Source of the DNA: Polyangia bacterium
GTDB lineage: Bacteria; Myxococcota_A; Polyangia; JAAYKL01
Assembly (NCBI GenBank): GCA_050287845.1
Contig: JBNKCR010000098.1
Span: 288,001 to 352,000 of the forward strand
Length of the DNA stretch: 64,000 nt
Reading direction: 5' to 3'
In this document: positions 18,796 through 30,021 of the stretch, piece after piece
Numbering within the stretch: position 1 is the stretch's first letter
How the letters are laid out: each line of letters begins with the position of its first letter
Translations under genes and position numbers: made by a program
The notes under the pieces: generated by a model
What the model saw: only the letters and a program-made list of their open reading frames with translations
Told to the model about the DNA's origin: nothing
Databases searched by the model: none

Positions 18796-18946
18796 TGTTT
18801 CAGATTCCTACATCGGCAAAGCATATTGATATTGGTTAAAGTGTGCTGAGAGAGTGACCCAGATTCAATAAAAAGTCAATGTCTTCTGTATGACTCGGGA
18901 GGATTGCCGGTGGTGGCGAATAGATTGGATGAACACAGTGTGGGGG

Positions 18947-20512
18947 CTATTTTTCGAACGGCTGGATTCCAACGATTCCTTTTACCACGCGCTTCATTGT
19001 ATATAATGTGCTTCCGTAGGTGTTGATAATGGTATCCGTGCTGAAAAAATATTCTTTTTCGATGAACGGATGAAAATGAGAGATAAAAATCGTGGGGGTT
19101 CCCAGTTTCATCCATCCGCCCATCATGAGTCGTGCTTTGGGTCCCGCGAGACGCGCAATGTTGGTGCCATAATCATGGCGTGAAGACACCGAGCAGATGA
19201 TGAGATCGTATTTCCCGGCGTAGACAGGATCGAATATTTCTTCTGGGTAATTGCAAGTCAGGGTTTCCACATTATCGCTGTGCTGGCGCAGCTGTTTCTC
19301 AAGTTCCTCGTAAAGCGGCTTTTCATCTTCGTATCGCATTGAGATGATCACATGGGCAATTCGTGTTGATTTTTCTATTTTTGCCGGCAGAATGCCGGCT
19401 CTATCGCGAACTACTTTTACACATTTATCCACCAGCGCCCTTGAGGTCGCTTTGTGACGTTCGTAGTCGAGTACCTGCGGGGGAACCGTGTCCTGATCGA
19501 GCAGTCTCAATTTGTCTTTAAGGGAGACAATTCTCTCCGCCCGGGCAATCAGCGTTTCTTTTTTTAGCATGCCGTTTCCTAGACGTACCTTCATTTCTTT
19601 ATTGAAATAGTCCAGATTGGGAAAGAGAACGCAGTCGCCCCCTGCCTCCAGGAACAGTGCCGAGGCGTCGAAACGGTTGATGAATCCAGCAAATCCACCC
19701 ATGTTGACGGCGTCAGAGACAATAAGTCCATCAAACCCCATTTCGCCTCGCAGCAGGTCGTTGAGCAGCGGTCTGGAAACAGAAGCTGGTGGATAGAAAT
19801 CTGTGTCCGCCCATTTCTTATCAAAAGCGGGCAGAGAAATGTGTCCCGGCATGATGGCCATGGCACCCTGATCGATCAGTTCCTGGAAAACACGACCAGA
19901 GTGCTGCCACCATTCTTCCCGGGATAATGGATTGGTCGAAACGGTCAGGTGTTGATCATATATATCGTAGCCATCGCCGGGGAAGTGCTTCAGCGTGGCA
20001 ACCATGCCGTTCTCCTGAAGTCCCCGCATATAGGCGCCGGCAGTTCGGATAACGGTATCGGCGTCTACGCCTGCCGAGCGGATGCTCACCATGGGGCTGT
20101 CCGCCACGGCGGCAATATCCACACAGGGGGAGAGGGACCAGTTATATCCCACAGCGCGACCTTCGTGAGCGGCTGCGCGCCCCATCTCATATGCCAGCTT
20201 CTCGTCTCCAGCAATGCCGGCTGCCATGATGGACGGAAATTGTGTGCCGTCGGTGATCATTTCGCCGGGGCCGTTTTCCATGTCTGTTGTGATCAGCGGG
20301 GGAAATGAGCATTGTGATTTAAACCGATTAATCTGCTCGATCAATGCGGACTTCGGAGAAGCGTGAAAAAAAAGTGCACCGAAATTATTCTGACTGGGAA
20401 GTGGCGTGTGCGAAAAGAATTGTGGACACGTTATCTGATTGAGGAGTGAATCAATGTCCATCTGAGATACGATTTTTTGGGCGCGTTCGGTAATTGGGAT
20501 GGTGAATTTCAT
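18947..20512 (-). CDS. Glycoside hydrolase family 3 (beta-N-acetylhexosaminidase-like), no signal peptide
   Basis: ITTDMENG, SPCVDI, LKHFPGDG, IMPGHI, LLRGEMGFDGLIVSDA. Confidence 0.92.
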   Translation of the reverse strand: MKFTIPITERAQKIVSQMDIDSLLNQITCPQFFSHTPLPSQNNFGALFFHASPKSALIEQINRFKSQCSFPPLITTDMENGPGEMITDGTQFPSIMAAGIAGDEKLAYEMGRAAAHEGRAVGYNWSLSPCVDIAAVADSPMVSIRSAGVDADTVIRTAGAYMRGLQENGMVATLKHFPGDGYDIYDQHLTVSTNPLSREEWWQHSGRVFQELIDQGAMAIMPGHISLPAFDKKWADTDFYPPASVSRPLLNDLLRGEMGFDGLIVSDAVNMGGFAGFINRFDASALFLEAGGDCVLFPNLDYFNKEMKVRLGNGMLKKETLIARAERIVSLKDKLRLLDQDTVPPQVLDYERHKATSRALVDKCVKVVRDRAGILPAKIEKSTRIAHVIISMRYEDEKPLYEELEKQLRQHSDNVETLTCNYPEEIFDPVYAGKYDLIICSVSSRHDYGTNIARLAGPKARLMMGGWMKLGTPTIFISHFHPFIEKEYFFSTDTIINTYGSTLYTMKRVVKGIVGIQPFEK

Positions 20513-20739
20513 GTGAGTCTACATTCCTTGATTCGTATTACTCGGCATAGATCGAGCTGAAAGTTTACTTTCGGTGCGTTGGCCCGGATAATTTCATAAA
20601 GCCGGTTAACAACTGAATCTTAAAAATACATAGTTGTCCTTTAGAATCAACATCTAATTTCATATTAAATATAGATAACTTGTTGATGTACCAACCCGTT
20701 CTGGACGGATATGGACCGGAAATTTCACGATGGAACGGT

Positions 20740-21288
20740 TCAGCTCTGCAGTTCAATATCCGGAAGTACCCGTCGCATGCGATGTCGTTCGGCTTCTGCA
20801 GTGATCAGTGACTGCATCTCGAATGTGTCGACAATTACACACGAAAACTGGAGTGATGGTGACAGCAGCTGTGCGCAGTATTCAAAGAACCAGGGGATGG
20901 CATCTTCACCACTGATGGTCTTTGAATCCCGTCCCGGGAGCGAGACAATAATTTGTCTGGTTTTAAGACGGCGGGCAGTGTCAAACATCGTATCGAGCAT
21001 GTCGAAATAGGTTTCTCTGCTCAACAGTGTTGATTCTCCTGCGCCAACAAGTACGACATAATCGGTCGGCAATCGGTTTCCAGGTAAAACCAGTAACGAT
21101 TCATGTAATTTTCCGGTAAAATGATTGGCAATTCGAAGATCTGACAGTCGTCCCAGCAATCGCCAGTCAACCAGTCCGGTAAATCCCTGGAGTGGGCGAC
21201 GTTCTGCAAACTGAAAACAGCATATCATACTGTCCTTCTGACACGGTATTGACTCCAGACGAGGAAGGCTGTGCGATATCGTTGTCAA
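20740..21288 (-). CDS. M17 aminopeptidase N-terminal-like domain protein
   Basis: RRPLQGFTGLVDWRLLGRLS, FTGKLHESLL, VVLVGAG; no M17 catalytic domain; TTG start overlaps the nusB stop. Confidence 0.75.
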   Translation of the reverse strand: MTTISHSLPRLESIPCQKDSMICCFQFAERRPLQGFTGLVDWRLLGRLSDLRIANHFTGKLHESLLVLPGNRLPTDYVVLVGAGESTLLSRETYFDMLDTMFDTARRLKTRQIIVSLPGRDSKTISGEDAIPWFFEYCAQLLSPSLQFSCVIVDTFEMQSLITAEAERHRMRRVLPDIELQS

Positions 21289-21701
21289 TTTTCAGCACCT
21301 TCTTCTTTGGCAATCCGGTCGAGAACACCGTTGACGAATGCTGCGGATTCTTCGGCGCCAAACCGTTTGGCCAGCTCCACGGCTTCATTGATTACCACTT
21401 TCAGAGGAGTATCCGGTGCGTTGTTTTTCAGCTCAAACACACCCATGCGAAGAATATTCCGGTCCACTCGACTCATGCGCTCCAGTCGCCAATTGTCACT
21501 GGCAGTCATGATGGTGGCGTCAATTTGTGAGACTTTGTCTGCAATATTGCGAAACATCTGGATACTGAATTCATCCGGAATGGGGCCTTCGGCAAAACTG
21601 CTTCGATACAACCGAATCACTTCCTGAGGAGATTCAGCGGTGGCTTCGAGCTGAAACAACATCTGGAGCACTGCTTCCCGTGCCCGACGACGATTGGCCA
21701 T
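21285..21701 (-). CDS. nusB: Transcription antitermination factor NusB
   Basis: RRRAREAVLQMLFQ, NWRLERMSRVDRNILR, VVINEAVELAKRFG, FVNGVLD. Confidence 0.97.
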   Translation of the reverse strand: MANRRRAREAVLQMLFQLEATAESPQEVIRLYRSSFAEGPIPDEFSIQMFRNIADKVSQIDATIMTASDNWRLERMSRVDRNILRMGVFELKNNAPDTPLKVVINEAVELAKRFGAEESAAFVNGVLDRIAKEEGAEN

Positions 21702-21702
21702 A

Positions 21703-22184
<482 letters not shown>

Positions 22185-22188
<4 letters not shown>

Positions 22189-23318
22189 TGTTTATTAACC
22201 TCCTCAAGGGAAATTTGCGTCGCGGATGTAAATCCCCACGCGTTGAGTCCAATCAATTTGTGAGGATTGTTTGAGATCACCTGGAGTCTCCGCACGCCCA
22301 GCTCCAGTAGAATCTGAGCGCCGATGCCATATTCCCGGATAATCGGATTATTTCGATCAGATTCCACAGGGTTGAGTGCCATGGACAACTGATCTTTCAG
22401 GGATTCTCTGGCAGGCAAAAACAGGATGACCCCGCGTCCCCGTGCAACGATGGCATCAATCAGTTGCTGGATGGTCGGGCTGTTCGGCCGTGTCGTCGCA
22501 CCAAAGATATCGTCTGTTACGTTGGATACGTGGGCTCTGATTGGGACGGGATCACCATCATCGATGGGGCCAAGGGTCAGGGCCACGTATTCGTGACGCA
22601 TGATGCCGGGCAATGCCTCATACACATGCGCTCTGAAAACCGCTTTTCGGGTGCTGCCCAGCGTGACGTCGAACTGGGCAACCGACTCCACGAGACGATC
22701 GTGCTGCAGTCGGTACTCAATCAAGTCTGCCACACTGAGAATGACCAGATTGTGCTCCGCGGCAAATAATCGGAGATCATCCATTCTGGCCATTGTGCCG
22801 TCCTGCTTCATTATTTCGCAGATGACCCCTGCAGGCTCCAGACCTGCCAGCCGGGCCAGGTCCACCGAGCCTTCGGTCTGGCCGGTTCGCTGCAGAACGC
22901 CGCCGGGCATGGCACGCAATGGAAACACATGCCCGGGGCTGATGAGATCACTGGCGGTCGACGATGGGTCGGCGCACACTCTGACGGTCCGTGCCCGGTC
23001 CGAGGCGCTGATACCCGTGCTGACACCGGTTGCCGCTTCCACCGTTACGGTGAATGCCGTTCCCAGAGGGGTCTGGTTGGTCGCCACCATCATCGGCAGC
23101 TGGAGTCTGTCCACTTGAGCTGGAGTCAGCGTGACACAGATAAGTCCACACGCTCTGGTTGCCATGAATGCAATGTCATCCGGGGTGACCAGTTCGGCTG
23201 CCATGACCAGGTCACCTTCGTTTTCCCGATCTTCATCGTCCACCAGAATGACCATCCGACCGGCTCTTATCTCGTCGAGCGCTTTCTGAACCCGCAAAAT
23301 CGCTTGTCGCTGTTCCAT
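22185..23318 (-). CDS. ribB: DHBP synthase fused to a degenerate GTP cyclohydrolase II domain (RibBX-type)
   Basis: [41 protein letters not shown]. The C-terminal domain keeps [10 protein letters not shown] but lacks the Zn-binding Cys residues. Confidence 0.93.
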
Positions 23319-23326
23319 ATATTGAA

Positions 23327-23980
23327 TTACCTCATAAATCCGTTCTGAATCAGCATTTCCATGGAAACGCCGGTTGCCCCTACTGAACCACTGTCTCTAC
23401 TGAGTTTTCTCGAAATATATTTGGCCAGTATATCTGTCTCAAGATTCACGGACATTCCCGGTTGCAGATTGCCCAGCGTGGTATGGGACAGCGTCACAGG
23501 GATAACCATCACCTCAAAATCGTCGTCTCGTACCGTATTCACGGTCAGGCTGACACCATCAATTGTCACGGAGCCTTTGGGGGCAATTTGGCTTTGCAGT
23601 TCCGCTGAATCCGGGAGCGAAAATCGGAAACGGGAGGCTGCGGTCTGTATGATTTTTTCGAGTACCCGTACCCGTGTGTCCACATGGCCGGTCACCAGAT
23701 GTCCGCCCAGGGGTGTGCTCAGGGTCAATGCTTTCTCCAGATTCACTGGCGCACCAGTCTGCATCCGTGCCATTCCGGTCACCTGAAGTGTTTCCACCGA
23801 GGCGAATACCGTGAATGTCGAATCTGTGAAATCGGTAACTGACAGGCAAGTGCCATTGATGGCAATGCTTTCGCCGAGCTGAAACGAGCGAAAGTCCGAT
23901 TCAATGGTAAGGGTCGCTTCCTTACCGCGGGGAGTGATAGCTCTGATTTTTCCAATGCATTGTATAAGACCGGTAAACAT
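23327..23980 (-). CDS. ribE: Riboflavin synthase alpha chain
   Basis: MFTGLI, SIAINGTCLSV, VNLEKAL, GGHLVTGHVD, KGSVTIDGVSLTV, VNLETD. Confidence 0.97.
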   Translation of the reverse strand: MFTGLIQCIGKIRAITPRGKEATLTIESDFRSFQLGESIAINGTCLSVTDFTDSTFTVFASVETLQVTGMARMQTGAPVNLEKALTLSTPLGGHLVTGHVDTRVRVLEKIIQTAASRFRFSLPDSAELQSQIAPKGSVTIDGVSLTVNTVRDDDFEVMVIPVTLSHTTLGNLQPGMSVNLETDILAKYISRKLSRDSGSVGATGVSMEMLIQNGFMR

Positions 23981-24084
23981 ATTACGCCAATTTCCCCATA
24001 CAGCCGTTCGACCGGGCTGAACGCCCCGTGACTATACACAAAGGAGTGCCTTTTTCCAGGGATTTTTCCTTAAACTTTAAGAGA

Positions 24085-24465
24085 CTACATTCTTTTTTCA
24101 GGGGGCTGCGGCGCAACGGAGCGTTTGGATATATATTCCGGCAAATGCTCTTTTCCCTGCTTGATATCTTTAAATTCAATACCAAGTCCGGGCGTGTTGG
24201 CCGATGAGGCAGTGTTATTTTCAAGGGGATGAGAATTACTTTTCCAGGCGACACGCCCACGCGCGAGCAGTTCCCTGGAATCCTGTAGACTGATTCGAAT
24301 ATCAATCTCCGTGTCTGCTTCCAGAATCGGTAATGTCTGCAGAAATAGTCCATCCTGACTCAGATTTATAACAGTACCAAACAGGGTGATGCTTTCCTGT
24401 TCAATCCAACACTTGCAATTGGCAATACAACGTGCGCTGGTTCTTCGTTCGGTTCTACTGTTCAA
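24085..24465 (-). CDS. PilZ domain protein
   Basis: RRTSAR (RxxxR) and NLSQDG (NxSxxG), GRVAW, GLGIEF. TTG start at 24465 chosen (AAGGAAG upstream). Confidence 0.88.
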   Translation of the reverse strand: MNSRTERRTSARCIANCKCWIEQESITLFGTVINLSQDGLFLQTLPILEADTEIDIRISLQDSRELLARGRVAWKSNSHPLENNTASSANTPGLGIEFKDIKQGKEHLPEYISKRSVAPQPPEKRM

Positions 24466-24727
24466 CGTTGCGTCTTCCTTTGCCCCCCGGCCGAGCAATT
24501 TTATGACAGGGAATAGGGGATTGCAACGCAAAAAGTAGCTGCTAACTACTTTAAAATAATGAAAAATTGGGTTGGTGAATTTCGAATTTCAAAACCGGTA
24601 TTTCAATGGTGAAATTAGATTTTCAGGCACAGCATAATCCGGAGTCGTCACAGGTTGAACTGAGAAAGAACGGACTTACGCTGTCAGTCTCGTGACAAAA
24701 AGGACAACACTGGTGATTTAAAAAGGG

Positions 24728-26164
24728 TTATTCGCGAATTTTTCGGGTGACAATGTCAACCGCTTCTTCCAGTTTGATGCGTTCCTGCCGCATGTCATCG
24801 CGATATCGGATGGTGACGGTGCCATCTTCCTTGGTCTGTCCGTCTACAGTAACACAGAACGGGGTTCCGGCTTCATCCTGCCTTGCGTATCGGCGGCCGA
24901 TGGCGTCCTTCTCATCATAGAAAGCATTGATGCCGCTCCTGAGGAAATCCCTGACAATTTCCCTGGCTTTTCCGGTCAACCATTCGTCCTTTTTTACAAG
25001 GGGCAGCAACGCCACCTTAATTGGCGCAAGCCTTGGATGCAGTCTCAGGACAACGCGACCTTCCTTGCGGCCTTCGCTCGGGGGCTCCTCATCGTACGCA
25101 TCCAGCAGGAACATCAGAACGGTGCGTGTGGCGCCGGCTGCGGGCTCGATAACGTAGGGCAAATAGTGGACCCCCTGTTTCCCGGTCTCCGGATTGATGC
25201 CCGTGGGATCGAAATAGGTGAGTTTCTTCCCCGATGCTTCCTGGTGTTTCCGCAGGTCGTAGTCTGTCCGGTTGGCAATCCCTTCCAGCTCGTCCCATCC
25301 CCACGGATATTTGTATTCCACATCGTAGCAACCATCCGCATAATGGGCCAACTCATCTTCGTCATGGGCACGCAGGCGCAGGTTTTCTTCTTTGCAACCG
25401 AGATTCGTATACCAGTTGAACCGCTCCTGTTTCCAGTAATCCAGCCATTTCGGCGCTTCTTCCGGCGGACAGAAGTACTCCATTTCCATCTGCTCGAATT
25501 CACACGAACGGAAAATGAAATGTTCGACAGTAATTTCATTTCGGAACGATTTGCCCTGTTGGGCAATACCAAATGGCGGTTTGAGTCGATACGTGGACTG
25601 AACATTGAGGAAATTCACGAACATGGCCTGGGCGGTTTCGGGTCTCAGATATACCACCGAGTCACCTGTGTCCACCGGGCCGAGATTGGTTTTGAACAGC
25701 AAATTGAATTCCCGCTCCTCCGACAGATTGGGAGAGCCGCATTCCGGACAGATATAAGACTGCCCGGCCACTGCCGCCAGCATTTTACCGTGGGCGCGAT
25801 ATTTCACTTCCTGGCCCACCTCCACCACGGGTGCTTTGTCTGCGCGAAACCGCGTCTTGCAGTCCTTGCAATCCACCAGCGGATCGGAGAATCCCCCAAC
25901 ATGTCCGGAGGCCTGCCACACTCTGGGAGACATAATAATCGACGCATCCAGACCGACCACATCTTCCCGCTCATGCACCATCGAACGCCACCATTCTGCC
26001 ATGACATTGCGTTTGAGCTCCACCCCCAGTGGACCATAATCATATGCGGACTTCAGCCCGCCGTATATTTCAGAGGATTGAAACACAAACCCTCTGCGTT
26101 TGCAGAGACCGACTATTTTTTGCATCAAATCGGATTCATTGGACTTCTGTTTTTTTTCTCCCAT
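24728..26164 (-). CDS. glyQS: Glycine--tRNA ligase, homodimeric type
   Basis: LCKRRGFVFQSSEIYGG, YLRPETAQ, GKSFRNEI, EFEQMEME, ELEGIANRTDYDL, IGRRYARQDEAGTP; GGAG RBS before ATG 26164. Confidence 0.97.
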   Translation of the reverse strand: MGEKKQKSNESDLMQKIVGLCKRRGFVFQSSEIYGGLKSAYDYGPLGVELKRNVMAEWWRSMVHEREDVVGLDASIIMSPRVWQASGHVGGFSDPLVDCKDCKTRFRADKAPVVEVGQEVKYRAHGKMLAAVAGQSYICPECGSPNLSEEREFNLLFKTNLGPVDTGDSVVYLRPETAQAMFVNFLNVQSTYRLKPPFGIAQQGKSFRNEITVEHFIFRSCEFEQMEMEYFCPPEEAPKWLDYWKQERFNWYTNLGCKEENLRLRAHDEDELAHYADGCYDVEYKYPWGWDELEGIANRTDYDLRKHQEASGKKLTYFDPTGINPETGKQGVHYLPYVIEPAAGATRTVLMFLLDAYDEEPPSEGRKEGRVVLRLHPRLAPIKVALLPLVKKDEWLTGKAREIVRDFLRSGINAFYDEKDAIGRRYARQDEAGTPFCVTVDGQTKEDGTVTIRYRDDMRQERIKLEEAVDIVTRKIRE

Positions 26165-26444
26165 AGTATTCTCCAAAAAAAGCTAGCGTTCAGCGTTCGA
26201 AGTTTCGTTTTGCAAAATTCCGCGTCTTTGTACATCGGTAACTTTAAAAACCCAAGTTTTGATTGCGCTTTTCGAGACTAAAGTTACGGCAATATTGAAA
26301 AGAAGAAAAATAATTGAATTCGGTTGTCGAAAAGACTTGCGTCGCGCGCGAAAAATTGCATAAGAAGGTTGCGTGACAGATACAAATGTTTCTGTATCAA
26401 GGACAAGTGTTGCATATCCGAGTTTAGATGAAGGAGTGATTGCT

Positions 26445-27557
26445 ATGAAAAAAGTGGGTATCGTTGGTTGGCGTGGGATGGTTGGTTCCGTACTGATGGA
26501 CAGAATGATCAACGAAAACGATTTTGACCATTTTGAACCGTTCTTTTTTTCCACCTCTCAGACCGGTCAGGCCGGACCAACAGTTAAAGGTAAATCGTCC
26601 ACTCTGAAAGATGCTTTTGATATCAGAGAATTGAACTCGCTGGACATTATTGTCACCTGTCAGGGCGGTGGATATACCAACGAAGTGGCACCGAAACTGC
26701 GGGCTGCCGGTTGGAACGGATACTGGATTGATGCGGCCAGCGCACTGCGCATGGCCGACGATGCGATCATAGTGCTGGATCCGGTGAATCGTCCGGTCAT
26801 CGATAAAGGATTGAAAGACGGAATAAAGAATTACATCGGCGGAAACTGTACTGTCAGCCTGATGTTGATGGCCATCGGCGGGCTTTTCAAGGCAGGCCTG
26901 GTGGAATGGGTGACCGCCATGACCTATCAGGCGGCCTCGGGCGCCGGTGCGCAGAATATGAGAGAACTGGTAAAACAGATGGGGGCCATTGCGGAATGTG
27001 CCGGTGACCTGACAAGTCCTTCCGCATCGGCGTTGGAACTGGACAGGACCGTTATTGATTGCATGAACAGCAGCGCGTTTCCCATTGATAAGTTCGGTGC
27101 GCCACTGGCTGGCAGTGTGTTGCCCTGGATTGACTCGGCGCTTGAAAACGGGCAGAGCCGGGAAGAATGGAAAGGCGTGGCGGAGACCAACAAAATCCTG
27201 GGGACAGCTGCTCCCATTCCGGTGGATGGCACATGCGTCCGCATCGGGGCAATGCGTTGTCACAGTCAGGGATTGACCATCAAACTCAACAGAGATGTAC
27301 CTCTCGCTGAAGTGGAGTCAATCATTGCCAATGACAACGACTGGGTGAAATTGATTCCCAATACCAGAGAAGCCACCATCGCGGAGCTGACCCCGGCGGC
27401 AGTGACTGGTAAACTGACAGTTCCTGTGGGACGTGTGCGAAAAATGAACCTCGGGCCGATGTACGTGAACGCCTACACCGTCGGCGATCAGCTGCTCTGG
27501 GGTGCTGCGGAGCCGGTTCGGCGCATCCTTCGAATTGTGCTTGAGCATTTGAACTGA
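26445..27557 (+). CDS. asd: Aspartate-semialdehyde dehydrogenase
   Basis: [70 protein letters not shown]. Confidence 0.97.
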   Translation: MKKVGIVGWRGMVGSVLMDRMINENDFDHFEPFFFSTSQTGQAGPTVKGKSSTLKDAFDIRELNSLDIIVTCQGGGYTNEVAPKLRAAGWNGYWIDAASALRMADDAIIVLDPVNRPVIDKGLKDGIKNYIGGNCTVSLMLMAIGGLFKAGLVEWVTAMTYQAASGAGAQNMRELVKQMGAIAECAGDLTSPSASALELDRTVIDCMNSSAFPIDKFGAPLAGSVLPWIDSALENGQSREEWKGVAETNKILGTAAPIPVDGTCVRIGAMRCHSQGLTIKLNRDVPLAEVESIIANDNDWVKLIPNTREATIAELTPAAVTGKLTVPVGRVRKMNLGPMYVNAYTVGDQLLWGAAEPVRRILRIVLEHLN

Positions 27558-27565
27558 CGGAGTTT

Positions 27566-28702
27566 ATGGTGCGTGGATTGTCGAAGGAAAAACTGGACGC
27601 GCTCATTCAGTGCAATGATATTTCCTCAGCGGATTACAGCGATCTGGTTTCGTGGGTAAGCGAAGAACCGGGTCTTGCAAAATTCGCCCCGGATGAAATC
27701 TGCCGAATGGATCCCCGAAATCGGCGAATGACCATTTACAATGCGGCACGCAGTAAACGTCCCCATGACAATCGCAGCGATGAACCACCCCGAGTGCTGA
27801 ATGGGGAAAAGCCGTGTCCCATCTGCGATGGCAATACCACGCGGCCTATCGATGTGGCACCGTTGAGTGATGGATATACATTCATCAACAAAAATCTGTT
27901 TCCGTGCTTCTTCAATACCGGTGAGTCCGTGACAGCAGCAGTGGTTCCTGATGGCCCTCTGCGCGTGGACGCCGGTAAACCCGCGGGGAATCATTTTCTA
28001 CAGTGGACATCCACATTTCATGACCGCGACTGGTACAATATGACGCTGGAAGATCTGTGCGTGGTATTCAGGCGATTGGGAGTCTTTGAAAAACATCTAC
28101 TGACATCATCCGGCGCCAGCATGCCGGATACTTCTGAATGGTACGGCACCTCCGGCGTATCCGGATTTGTGCTCGCCATGAAAAATTTTGGCGCGCAGGT
28201 GGGGGGATCACTGGTGCATGGTCATCAGCAAATCACCCATTCAAATGTGATGAGCAAGTCTGCTTTCGAGGACTGGCAGTTTCAGAAACGTCATGGCATA
28301 CCGTTTTCAACCTACCTCCGGCAGCACACGCCCGAATCGCTTCGGCTGCTCGATTTAAACGAAGCGGAAGTGGTTGTGCCATATTTTATGCGTCGTCCCA
28401 TGGGCGCTATGTTGCTGTTGAAGGACGACAGCAAACAATTGATTTCGGACTTGTCCGACAAGGAGTGTCGGTCGGTGGTGGAAGGCATTTCCCGCATGTT
28501 GCAGGTCTATCATCGCCTGATGCCGGACCTGGGACGGGATGTGGCGTACAACGTATTGTTTCATACCGGGCCGGGCGCAGGCATATACGTGGAGTTTCTG
28601 CCGTACACCCAGGAAACGGGTGGCATGGAACAGCTCGGATTGTGGGTGTGTCAGGATACCCCGGAGGGGTCAGCGACCGTGTTGCGGGAGTATCTGTCTT
28701 AA
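27566..28702 (+). CDS. GalT-like (HIT superfamily) nucleotidyltransferase
   Basis: ARSKRPHD, CPICDG, NKNLFP, KNFGAQVGGSLVHGHQQ (compare GASLxHPHxQ), QETGGMEQLG, TPE. Confidence 0.8.
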   Translation: MVRGLSKEKLDALIQCNDISSADYSDLVSWVSEEPGLAKFAPDEICRMDPRNRRMTIYNAARSKRPHDNRSDEPPRVLNGEKPCPICDGNTTRPIDVAPLSDGYTFINKNLFPCFFNTGESVTAAVVPDGPLRVDAGKPAGNHFLQWTSTFHDRDWYNMTLEDLCVVFRRLGVFEKHLLTSSGASMPDTSEWYGTSGVSGFVLAMKNFGAQVGGSLVHGHQQITHSNVMSKSAFEDWQFQKRHGIPFSTYLRQHTPESLRLLDLNEAEVVVPYFMRRPMGAMLLLKDDSKQLISDLSDKECRSVVEGISRMLQVYHRLMPDLGRDVAYNVLFHTGPGAGIYVEFLPYTQETGGMEQLGLWVCQDTPEGSATVLREYLS

Positions 28703-29385
28703 AAATTTGCCGCCGGCTTTCGCTTTCGTGGCAACAGGGACCCGGCAAAGAGCCCGATCCCGGCGATGGATAGAATAATGATGGTTTCGATGGAAATCGC
28801 GTCGCTTTTTTCGGCCAGTTCGATCAGTTTTAATCCCGCCGCCGAATACAGCAGAATTACCGGGATGTCGCCAATGAAGGATCCCCAGAGAAACCCCCGA
28901 AACGGGATTCTGGTGATGGCACAGAAAATGGTAATCGCACCATACGGCAGTACCAGTATCATTCGCAGACTCGCGACGGTGAGCATCGGATAGTTGAGCA
29001 GCCGCTTTTCGAATCGTTTCAGAAGTGGTGGCAGTTTTTCGAGAACGTCGCCCTGAACCAGTTTCTGCGCAGTGAAAAACAATGCCGATGTTCCAAGAAG
29101 CGTGCCTGCGAGTGTCGCCAGCGCACCTGGAATGAAACCAAGAAGCGCAGTCCCCACCATATTCAGAATTGCCTTGGTCGGCAGGGTGAAGAACATCCCG
29201 ATGGTATGCAACAACAGCAATGCGGCAAATGATATCATCCCATAGGACACGGCTGTACTTTGGACTTCCAGGGTGAGCCGCTGCACAGTTTTAAAATCCA
29301 GATGCTTCATGCTGATAAACCAGCCGACGGCGAGAACGATGACAGCAATCAGAAGCAGCACAATATTTTTCGCTGGCAATTTCAT
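28699..29385 (-). CDS. DedA/VTT (TVP38/TMEM64) family membrane protein
   Basis: Multiple TM helices; LRMILVLPY, FLWGSFIGDIP. Confidence 0.85.
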   Translation of the reverse strand: MKLPAKNIVLLLIAVIVLAVGWFISMKHLDFKTVQRLTLEVQSTAVSYGMISFAALLLLHTIGMFFTLPTKAILNMVGTALLGFIPGALATLAGTLLGTSALFFTAQKLVQGDVLEKLPPLLKRFEKRLLNYPMLTVASLRMILVLPYGAITIFCAITRIPFRGFLWGSFIGDIPVILLYSAAGLKLIELAEKSDAISIETIIILSIAGIGLFAGSLLPRKRKPAANF

Positions 29386-29450
29386 GTCAGGTTATTAATA
29401 GCAGAGAATTGAGGGGTGAAAGAGCGAAAAAAATGGTAAGATGGCGCATC

Positions 29451-29954
29451 ATGAAAAAAGACGCCCGATACTGGATTGAAAAACTCGGTCTGATGCCGCA
29501 TCCGGAAGGTGGGTATTTCAGGGAAACCTATCGCAGTTCCGCAATGATTCCGGCATCCACACCGGGGTTGGGGTTTCAGGGACCACGAAGCGTCTCCACC
29601 GCCATTTATTTCCTGCTGGATAACGTACAATGTTCCACATTTCATCGAATTCGTTCTGACGAGTTGTGGCATTTTCATTCGGGAAGCGCTCTGGCAATAT
29701 ATGTCATCGGCAATGAGGGGGTCCTCACAACCCATCGGCTTGGGCCTGATTCTGAAGCGGGGGACGCGTTTCAGGTGGTGGTGCCGGCAGGATGCTGGTT
29801 TGGCGCCGAAGTGCTGGACAAAGCCGGGTTTGGACTTTGCAGTTGCACCGTTGCTCCCGGATTTGATTTTGACGATTTTGAGCTTGCTGACACAGAGTCT
29901 CTTTCAACGGTCTTTCCGCAACACCGGGATTTGATACATCGAATGGCGGATTGA
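29451..29954 (+). CDS. Cupin domain protein (DUF985-like)
   Basis: LGLMPHPEGGYFRETYRS, TAIYFLL, FHRIRSDELWHFHSG, CTVAPGFDFDDFEL. Confidence 0.93.
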   Translation: MKKDARYWIEKLGLMPHPEGGYFRETYRSSAMIPASTPGLGFQGPRSVSTAIYFLLDNVQCSTFHRIRSDELWHFHSGSALAIYVIGNEGVLTTHRLGPDSEAGDAFQVVVPAGCWFGAEVLDKAGFGLCSCTVAPGFDFDDFELADTESLSTVFPQHRDLIHRMAD

Positions 29955-30021
29955 TGGCTTCCTGATTTTTTTTTGCAACAGATTTTCAACACGGCCGAAG
30001 GGAAGGGCAAAGATTCCAGTC

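Noticed and set aside
18796..18840. sigma28 promoter (GCCGATGT) for the response regulator
   Set aside because: No TAAA-like -35 element at the correct 15-nt spacing
18241..18849. 202-aa plus-strand ORF starting inside the second hairpin (possible leader peptide)
   Set aside because: No RBS, runs through the terminator U-tract, and is mostly antisense to the response regulator
23981..24084. FMN riboswitch before ribE
   Set aside because: Only about 100 bp, and no RFN consensus segments visible
25037..26281. 414-aa plus-strand ORF
   Set aside because: Antisense shadow of glyQS with no motifs; similar shadows lie over asd, ilvC, thiolase and the flagellar genes
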